Shown here piece by piece: positions 57,362 to 64,000 of a DNA stretch of 64,000 nucleotides (within the stretch, counting starts at the first letter, position 1; each line of letters begins with the position of its first letter). A program made the position numbers and the translations under genes. The stretch covers positions 90,796-154,795 of the forward strand of contig CBDFFW010000001.1 in NCBI GenBank assembly GCA_965246945.1, read 5' to 3'. The DNA is from Alphaproteobacteria bacterium (GTDB lineage Bacteria > Pseudomonadota > Alphaproteobacteria > UBA11073). The notes under the pieces were generated by a model. The model made no database searches. It was given only the letters and a program-made list of their open reading frames with translations, and was not told the origin of the DNA.

Positions 57362-58366
57362 ATGTCCATACGTTTAGCAATTTCTGGGTTTGGCCGGATT
57401 GGCCGGTTGTGTTTGCGGGCGGCGCTGGAAACGCAGCGTCGTGATGTGGAGGTGGTCGCGCTCAACATCCGCGGCGATTTGGCGGGCGCGGCACATTTGT
57501 TTAAATATGACAGTATTCATGGTATTTTTTCCGGTGAAGTATCACACGAGACCAACGTGTTGATTATCAATGGTGTTCGTATTCCCGTGCAGCAAGCGAA
57601 CGCTATTGAAGATTTGGATTGGCGCCAAGATAAAGTGGATGTCGTTTTGGATTCCACCGGTAAATACAAAGATAAACAGGATTTGCAAAAACATATTGCG
57701 GCTGGTGCCAAAAAAGTGTTGTTGGCTTCGCCTGGCAAAGGGTTGGATTTGACGGTGGTTTACGGCGTGAATGATGACCAGCTCACATCCGAACACAAAA
57801 TCATTTCCAACGGTTCCTGCACCACCAACTGCCTGGCGCCAATTGCCAAAGTAATTCATGCAGCGATCGGCATTGAACGCGGGTATATGACCACTATCCA
57901 CAGCTATACCAGCGACCAGCAATTGCATGATAAAACGCATGATGATTGGGGCCGTGCACGGGCCGCCGGTATGTCAATTATCCCCACCACTACGGGTGCG
58001 GCCAAAGCGGTCGGCGAAGTGCTGCCCGCGCTGAAAGGCAAACTGGACGGCACATCTTTGCGTGTGCCCACACCCAATGTGTCTGCGATTGATTTCACGT
58101 TCAACACAGCCCGCGCAGTAACTGCCGAAGAAATTAATCAGGCGCTAATTGCTGCTAGTAAAGGGGCAATGAAAGGTATTATCGGCGTTTACGATTTGCC
58201 GCTGGTGTCGACCGATTTCAACCACAGCCCGTATTCCGCCAGCTTTGCCCTGCACGAAACCACCGTGATTGACGGTACTTTCGCGCGTATCCTGGCCTGG
58301 TACGATAATGAATGGGGTTTTAGTCTGCGCATGCTGGATATCGCCGCGAAACTGGGCAGCCTATAA
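57362..58366 (+). CDS. gap: Glyceraldehyde-3-phosphate dehydrogenase (type I)
   Basis: 334 aa. NAD-binding GFGRIGR. Active-site SCTTNCLAP. Confidence 0.9.
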   Translation: MSIRLAISGFGRIGRLCLRAALETQRRDVEVVALNIRGDLAGAAHLFKYDSIHGIFSGEVSHETNVLIINGVRIPVQQANAIEDLDWRQDKVDVVLDSTGKYKDKQDLQKHIAAGAKKVLLASPGKGLDLTVVYGVNDDQLTSEHKIISNGSCTTNCLAPIAKVIHAAIGIERGYMTTIHSYTSDQQLHDKTHDDWGRARAAGMSIIPTTTGAAKAVGEVLPALKGKLDGTSLRVPTPNVSAIDFTFNTARAVTAEEINQALIAASKGAMKGIIGVYDLPLVSTDFNHSPYSASFALHETTVIDGTFARILAWYDNEWGFSLRMLDIAAKLGSL

Positions 58367-59346
58367 TGTCTGCTATTCAAATTGAACTAACGGCTTTCGG
58401 GGATGCCGCACGATTACACGCTGCTTCCCAAATGATACCACAGCCACAGTTTGGCGAGATTGTGGTACAACATACCGCAATTGGCGTGAATTTCATCGAT
58501 ATTTATCAGCGTACGGGTTTGTATCCCCTGCCCTTACCGGCCGTGTTAGGCAAAGAAGCGGCGGGTAAAATTGTTGCCATTGGTGATAATGTCACTGAAT
58601 TTAAAATCGGCGACCGTGTGGCTTACGGCACTTCGGTTCATGGCGGCGGTTATGCCAGTTATAATAATATACCGGCCGAGATTGCCGTGCCTATTCCGGC
58701 TGACGTGAGCGATGAAGATGCGGCGGCGTTAATGTTGCAAGGCATGACTGCGTATTATTTGTTGCACCAAACCTATGCGGTACAAGCCGGCCAGACGATT
58801 TTGGTGCATGCGGCAGCGGGCGGCGTGGGTCTATTACTCGGTCAATGGGCCCACGCCTTGGGGGTTAAAGCCATTGGCACGGTGAGCAGCGCAGCCAAAG
58901 CGGAATTGGCAAAGGCGCATGGTTATACTGGTATTATCAATTATAGCGAGGAAGATATTACTGCGCGTGTGAAGGCGCTAACCAACGGCGCGGGCGTGCC
59001 GGTGGTTTATGACGGCGTGGGGCAATCAACCTTTCAAGCCAGCTTGGATAGCCTTTCGCCGCGCGGCATGTTGGTGAGTTTCGGGCAGGCTAGCGGTTTG
59101 GTGCCACCCTTTGATCTGCGGGAATTATCCAAACGCGGTTCGCTGGCCATTACGCGGCCATCATTATTTGATTACACCCGTACACGCGCGGATTTATTGC
59201 GGGCGGCAGGTGCTGTATTTACAGCCGCGCAGCAAGGTATTTTGAAACCCTTGATTGGCAAGCGTTATGCGTTAACTGACGTAGGTGCCGCGCATACTGC
59301 CCTGGAAACCCGCCAAACCACCGGCAAGATTTTGCTGATCCCTTAA
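58366..59346 (+). CDS. NADPH:quinone oxidoreductase / zinc-type alcohol dehydrogenase-like (MDR family)
   Basis: 326 aa. MDR Rossmann motif (VHAAAGGVGLL). Confidence 0.75.
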   Translation: MSAIQIELTAFGDAARLHAASQMIPQPQFGEIVVQHTAIGVNFIDIYQRTGLYPLPLPAVLGKEAAGKIVAIGDNVTEFKIGDRVAYGTSVHGGGYASYNNIPAEIAVPIPADVSDEDAAALMLQGMTAYYLLHQTYAVQAGQTILVHAAAGGVGLLLGQWAHALGVKAIGTVSSAAKAELAKAHGYTGIINYSEEDITARVKALTNGAGVPVVYDGVGQSTFQASLDSLSPRGMLVSFGQASGLVPPFDLRELSKRGSLAITRPSLFDYTRTRADLLRAAGAVFTAAQQGILKPLIGKRYALTDVGAAHTALETRQTTGKILLIP

Positions 59347-59978
59347 TCAGCGCGTTCAACGGCCAAGGCTTGCCGCGCGATATCTAAGCTAAACCCCTGC
59401 CGCATCAGCGCGGCGAGATCTTTATCGCGGGCGTTTTCGACCTCGCGCGTGCGGTAGGGGCCAAGGCGGCGGCGCTGGATATAGCGCAGCGCGGCGGTTA
59501 GTTCCGGATCGGGCACTTCTTCATCGGGCAGCGCGGCGGTTGCTTGTGCTGCCGTAAAATCATCGAGTGCTGTTTTAATTTGCGGCGATGGCAACCCTTT
59601 TTGCTGCAGCTTCATGGCGATTTGCCGCGCTGATGAGCCGCGGCCGCGCAATTGCCGCACTTGGGATTGCGCGTAAGCCGCATCATCCAACCAGCCGCGC
59701 GCGATGTATTTTTCGATTAGCTCACTAATCCATTGCGCGGTCTCATTTGGCACTTCGCCTTCACGGCCCACGCGGCGTTTGACTTTTTGCGTTAAAATCT
59801 GCCGCAATTTTTCGGCGCTGGCGCTAAACCGCTGCAGATAATAAGCGGCCGCATTATCCAGATATTGCGGGGTAACAGGGCGGGGTTTGAATTCGTATTT
59901 TTTGGCTTCACCGGCATTGCCCAGCAGTTTTTTACGGCTGCGTGGCAGATTGCTATCCGGCTGATCGGTCATCGCCAT
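59343..59978 (-). CDS. recX: Recombination regulator RecX
   Basis: RecX three-helix-repeat pattern. Convergent with qor. The start is uncertain; the ORF extends to 60011. Confidence 0.65.
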   Translation of the reverse strand: MAMTDQPDSNLPRSRKKLLGNAGEAKKYEFKPRPVTPQYLDNAAAYYLQRFSASAEKLRQILTQKVKRRVGREGEVPNETAQWISELIEKYIARGWLDDAAYAQSQVRQLRGRGSSARQIAMKLQQKGLPSPQIKTALDDFTAAQATAALPDEEVPDPELTAALRYIQRRRLGPYRTREVENARDKDLAALMRQGFSLDIARQALAVERAD

Positions 59979-60048
59979 TATAATATGCGGTATATCTTGT
60001 CCGATGCACAAATCGTTTTATTCACAAATGCGCGGAAATGCTTACACT

Positions 60049-61239
60049 ATGCGGATGACCATCAATCCCGTGCTGCCTGTTTATAATATTTTCGACCGCG
60101 AATTTGTGCGCGGTGAGGGCGTTTATTTATATGGTGCCGATGGCAAAGATTATTTGGATTTTGCCTGCGGGTATGGCGTGACAGGCCTGGGCCATTGCCA
60201 TCCCAAACTGGTTGCGGCGCTAACCGAACAGGCCAAAACTTTATGGCATGTTTCCAACATGTTTCATTTGAAAAGCAAAGAACGGCTGGCGGCGCGGTTG
60301 GTGGAGTATAGCTTTGCCGATAGTATTTTCTTCACCAATTCCGGCGCGGAAGCGTGGGAATTGGGCTTGAAAATGATCCGCCGGTATTTTGACCGCATGG
60401 GCCAGCCGGATAAATACCGCGTGATTTGTATTGAAGGCGCATTTCACGGGCGCACGATGGGTGCGATTTCCGCAGCGCCGCGCGATTACATGGTGGATGG
60501 GTTCGGACCGCTGCTGGACGGTTTTGATATTGTGCCATTTGAAGATTTAGCGGCGTTGAAAAAAGCGATTACCCCACAGACCGCCGCCATTCATCTGGAA
60601 CCCGTGATGGGCGAAGGCGGGATTAAACCGCATTCGACCGAATATCTTAAAGCGGTGCAGAAATTATGTGCGGAACACGATTTGCTGTTATTTTTCGACG
60701 AGGTGCAATGCGGCATGGGGCGCACAGGCAAATTATTCGCGCATGAATGGTCCGGCGTGACACCTGATGTGTTGTGCACGGCCAAAGGGATTGGCGGCGG
60801 TTTCCCGCTAGGTGCATGCTTGGCGACTGAACGCGTGGCGCAATATATGACCGCCGGTTCGCACGGCACCACCTATGGCGGCAACCCGCTGGCGATGGCA
60901 GTGGGCAATGCGGTCGCTGATATTATTTTAGAAGCTGGGTTTTTTGAGACAGTGGTGCAACGCGGGCAATATATGCGCGGCAAGCTGCAGCAATTGTTAC
61001 AAAGCTTTCCCAGCTTGTATACCGAAGTGCGCGGTGAAGGGCTAATGCTAGGTTTAAAATGTGCTGATGGGGTAGATAACCGTGCGCTGATTGAAGCCAT
61101 GCATCAAGCAGGGGTTATTAGCATTCCATCCGGCGAAAACACCGTGCGTGTGCTGCCGCCGCTCGTTATTTCAGAAACGGAGATTGACCAAGGAATCGAA
61201 CGCATGCGGGTGGCCAGTGAAAAATTTGCGCAAGCTTGA
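60049..61239 (+). CDS. argD: Acetylornithine/succinylornithine aminotransferase family (class III PLP aminotransferase)
   Basis: PLP-lysine context (CTAKGIGGGFPLGA) and a class III fold. The start is uncertain among the Mets at 60004 to 60055. Confidence 0.8.
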   Translation: MRMTINPVLPVYNIFDREFVRGEGVYLYGADGKDYLDFACGYGVTGLGHCHPKLVAALTEQAKTLWHVSNMFHLKSKERLAARLVEYSFADSIFFTNSGAEAWELGLKMIRRYFDRMGQPDKYRVICIEGAFHGRTMGAISAAPRDYMVDGFGPLLDGFDIVPFEDLAALKKAITPQTAAIHLEPVMGEGGIKPHSTEYLKAVQKLCAEHDLLLFFDEVQCGMGRTGKLFAHEWSGVTPDVLCTAKGIGGGFPLGACLATERVAQYMTAGSHGTTYGGNPLAMAVGNAVADIILEAGFFETVVQRGQYMRGKLQQLLQSFPSLYTEVRGEGLMLGLKCADGVDNRALIEAMHQAGVISIPSGENTVRVLPPLVISETEIDQGIERMRVASEKFAQA

Positions 61240-61315
61240 TTTTTAGCTATTCTTTACAAACCAGCGCGGCTTTCTCCTTGTTTCCTTAATAAGCTACCGA
61301 AAGTATAGCGGCTGA

Positions 61316-61930
61316 ATGGTCTTATCTAAACCAGCAGCCGCGCTGCGCAAAAGTTTTTCCGCCGTCAAAGCGCAGCATGATGCCAAGCAAAACACGCTTG
61401 AATTACAGCAAGCGTGGTTGCTGGCCATTGGCACGCGGCGCGACCAATCCGCGTTTCAAGCTTTGGATGCTTATTACCGGCCGCGTTTGATTGCTTTTTA
61501 TGCCAATAAACAAATGCCGGTCGCGCAAGCAGAAGATTTGGTGCAGGAAGTATTATTAACTTTGTGGCAGAAAGCCAGCCAATATGATCCGGCCAAGGCC
61601 AAGCCAGCGGCTTGGATTTACCAGATTGCGCGCAATAAGCGCTTGGATTATTTGCGCAGTCCGGGCGCCCAAATTCATCAGCCCCTAAATGATAATTTAC
61701 CGGTATTTGCCACCGATAATGCAGCGGAAATTATGGAAGCCAATTTGCATCAGCGTGCGCTTGATCATTTAAATTTATTACCGCCGGAACAATCGCAATT
61801 AGTTGAAGCAGCTTTTGTGGCCGAAAAAACACATGCGCAACTGGCTAAATCTAGCGGGTTGCCGCTGGGCACTGTTAAATCACGTTTAAGGTTAGCGTTG
61901 GCGCGCCTACGGCAACTGCTTGCCACCTAA
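61316..61930 (+). CDS. ECF (sigma-70 family group IV) RNA polymerase sigma factor
   Basis: 204 aa. Region 2 (LVQEVLLTLWQKASQYDP ... AWIYQIARNKRLD). Region 4 HTH (AQLAKSSGLPLGTVKSRLRLA). Confidence 0.8.
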   Translation: MVLSKPAAALRKSFSAVKAQHDAKQNTLELQQAWLLAIGTRRDQSAFQALDAYYRPRLIAFYANKQMPVAQAEDLVQEVLLTLWQKASQYDPAKAKPAAWIYQIARNKRLDYLRSPGAQIHQPLNDNLPVFATDNAAEIMEANLHQRALDHLNLLPPEQSQLVEAAFVAEKTHAQLAKSSGLPLGTVKSRLRLALARLRQLLAT

Positions 61931-61954
61931 AATCTTTGCACTACCTTAATAAAT

Positions 61955-62623
61955 GTGGATGAAAATCTATACCCGCTGCTGATGGATTACGCCGCTGGCA
62001 TATTGGGTGAAGGTTTGCGACTGGCCATTGCCACGCATTTGGTCTTGAACAATCAAAGCCGTGTTTTGGTTACTGAGTTGGCTGAAGCGGCCAATGCTTT
62101 GCTGAGCGAATTACCGGCCAGCCAATTGCCGGATACCTTAAAAGCACGCAGCTTCACGGCTTTAAAAGATCATAATCAAAAATATATTGAAACCGAGGAA
62201 TGTGCGGTGACGGATGCGGCGTGCGCGGTTCAGCCGTTATTCCCCAGCCCGTTGCGCGCATATCTGCCGCCAGACATTGAAAATATAAATTGGCAGCCAT
62301 TGGCCCGCGGCATTGAACATTATCCCTTGGCTTTACAGGATAATGCCAAAGTACAATTAATCCGCGTGCAAGCGGGTTGCAAAATTCCCGCGCATACCCA
62401 TACCGGTTTGGAACTGGCCGTTATTTTAGAAGGCAAAATTTATGACGGGCGGCAGCAGTGGCAACGCGGCGATATTGCGATTGCGGATCAACAAACGCAT
62501 CACCAGCCTTATACCAATGGTGAAAGCTGTTTGTGTTTACTGGTAACAGAAGGTCCGTTGCGGTTCACCGGCATTGCCGGCCAATTATATAACCGTTTTA
62601 GGCGTGTTCATCATTCCACATAA
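61955..62623 (+). CDS. ChrR-like anti-sigma factor with a C-terminal cupin domain
   Basis: 222 aa, immediately downstream of the ECF sigma gene. C-terminal cupin (AHTHTGLELAVILEGKIYDG). The N-terminal ASD-like helix lacks the HxxxCxxC zinc motif. Confidence 0.65.
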   Translation: MDENLYPLLMDYAAGILGEGLRLAIATHLVLNNQSRVLVTELAEAANALLSELPASQLPDTLKARSFTALKDHNQKYIETEECAVTDAACAVQPLFPSPLRAYLPPDIENINWQPLARGIEHYPLALQDNAKVQLIRVQAGCKIPAHTHTGLELAVILEGKIYDGRQQWQRGDIAIADQQTHHQPYTNGESCLCLLVTEGPLRFTGIAGQLYNRFRRVHHST

Positions 62624-63849
62624 TTCAAATCACGGCCATGCGTTTCCCGCATAAGATACCAGCCAATCAATGCCAACCCATAAACGATTGCACCAATGAT
62701 GCTAATCGCATACACGGTACCCCAAGGTTTAAACGCCACATAGGCCAAATTCATGGGAATAGTTAGCGCCCGCGCAAAATTAGGGGTAGTGGAGGCAACG
62801 GTTGCCCGAATGTTGGTGCCAAAATGTTCGGCTGCCCATAATGCGGTAATTGTCCAAATACCAAAGACCAAACCCATCGCCACATTCACCGCATAAAAAG
62901 TGATTAAATTGGTTGGCTGCCAAATTAAATAAATGCTGAGCGATACCGCACCTAATATTAAAAACGGCATGGTTGCCTTTTTACGACTACGCCATTTTTC
63001 ACTGAGATAAATGACGGTGATGTTGCCGATAATGCCCGTTATCATGCCTAAGGCAATCATCACACTGGCTTTGACGGTACCAGTAACCTGCATTGCTTTG
63101 GCGATTTCGGGCGATAGCGTCCATAATACCTGCGGCAGAAAAACGCCGGTGGCAATCAGTAAAATACCGCCCACATAATAACCTAGAGATTGCGGATTTT
63201 TTAAAACCAGCCACAAATTACCGCGGCTCGCCTCTTGAGACAAACTGGTGGTAAATAGATGAGATTCACCTACCAGTGTGCGCGTTAATAGCAACGCCAA
63301 GCCAGCTATTCCGCCGATAATGTAGGCTGTACGCCAGTCTACAGTTTCGGTACAAATACCGGCGAATATAACGCCGATATAGCCAAGCGAAATAAATGTG
63401 ATAACGCCATAACCGCGTTTTGCCGCATTCAATTTTTCGGTAATAAGCGCCACACCAGTGCCAAGTTCGCCAGCCAAGCCCAGCGCCGTCACAAAACGTA
63501 AAATACCATAAAGCTGTATATCCTGTACAAAAGCGCAAGCGAGTGAGCCAAGGGAATACAGCAAAATCGATGGAAACAAAGCGAATTTACGCCCAAACCG
63601 GTCAGCGGTTATACCCCAAATCAATGCCCCGACCAAAAAGCCGCCCATTTGCCAATTGGAAATTGTAAGTCCTGCTTGCGTTAACGCATCACCGCTTAAG
63701 CCCAGATCGGTTAAACTTTTGACACGGTTCATGTTGTACAGAAACATGTCAAACATATCGATCAGATAGCCCAGACTGGCGATTAGCACGGTCGCATTGA
63801 ATAATTTATTTGATAATTCAGTAGCTGGTTGCTGCACCCTTTCGGGCAT
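62611..63849 (-). CDS. MFS transporter
   Basis: 412 aa. 12 predicted TM helices. MFS signature-like GRKFALFPSILLYSLGSLACA. Confidence 0.75.
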   Translation of the reverse strand: MPERVQQPATELSNKLFNATVLIASLGYLIDMFDMFLYNMNRVKSLTDLGLSGDALTQAGLTISNWQMGGFLVGALIWGITADRFGRKFALFPSILLYSLGSLACAFVQDIQLYGILRFVTALGLAGELGTGVALITEKLNAAKRGYGVITFISLGYIGVIFAGICTETVDWRTAYIIGGIAGLALLLTRTLVGESHLFTTSLSQEASRGNLWLVLKNPQSLGYYVGGILLIATGVFLPQVLWTLSPEIAKAMQVTGTVKASVMIALGMITGIIGNITVIYLSEKWRSRKKATMPFLILGAVSLSIYLIWQPTNLITFYAVNVAMGLVFGIWTITALWAAEHFGTNIRATVASTTPNFARALTIPMNLAYVAFKPWGTVYAISIIGAIVYGLALIGWYLMRETHGRDLNYVE

Positions 63850-64000
63850 AGCAAAGTTTTAGTTTATTGTCATGGGCTTAACCCAACGTAATTTTAAGCG
63901 CTGAGTTTATTGGGCGTTATATTGTTTTGCGCGTTTGGCTGGGGCAGTTGTTGGCTGGCCAAACCTTCGTGTAGGTTTCTATTTAATACGACCATAAAAT

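Overview
This window looks like a chromosomal segment of an alphaproteobacterium-like genome at roughly 50% GC. Housekeeping genes run along it (lpxC partial, cca, tlyA, ispB, gltX, comEC, rnhA, ettA, ybgF-pal-tolB, prmA, kdsD-lptC-lptA, tkt-gap, recX, argD). There is also a flagellar late-gene cluster (flagellin, flbT, flgK, flgL) flanked by TPR-methyltransferase and TPR-glycosyltransferase genes, and there are two tRNAs. Between about 6.45 kb and 21.29 kb lies a mosaic, partly AT-rich ~14.8 kb segment. It is bounded by tRNA-Leu(UAA) on one side and by a ~55 bp direct repeat of the 3' part of that tRNA on the other, with no integrase. I read it as a decayed genomic island. The most unusual cargo is a bicarbonate-uptake DabB/DabA (MpsA/MpsB-like) pair with a divergent LysR regulator and a translationally coupled zinc-ribbon gene. 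Directly beside it sits a full-length but strongly divergent phosphoenolpyruvate carboxylase (PEPC)-like protein whose catalytic motifs are substituted. The same island also holds a 129-aa protein that is clearly an ethylene-binding domain (ETR1-type Cys/His Cu site) with no output domain, a frameshifted VIT-family pseudogene, an L,D-transpeptidase and an orphan DUF6088/AbiEi-like antitoxin gene. Elsewhere there is a CdnL/CarD-family regulator fused to a ~320-aa histone-H1-like Lys/Ala/Pro repeat N-terminal tail, and a LexA gene with an alphaproteobacterial SOS box (GTTC-N7-GTTC) lying between two candidate start codons. There is also a tRNA-Pro followed by a truncated P4-type integrase remnant, a degenerate-GGDEF/EAL protein and an AT-rich small HD-domain protein. 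All calls come from reading the translated ORFs and the DNA by eye. Family assignments rest on remembered motifs; no database search was run.
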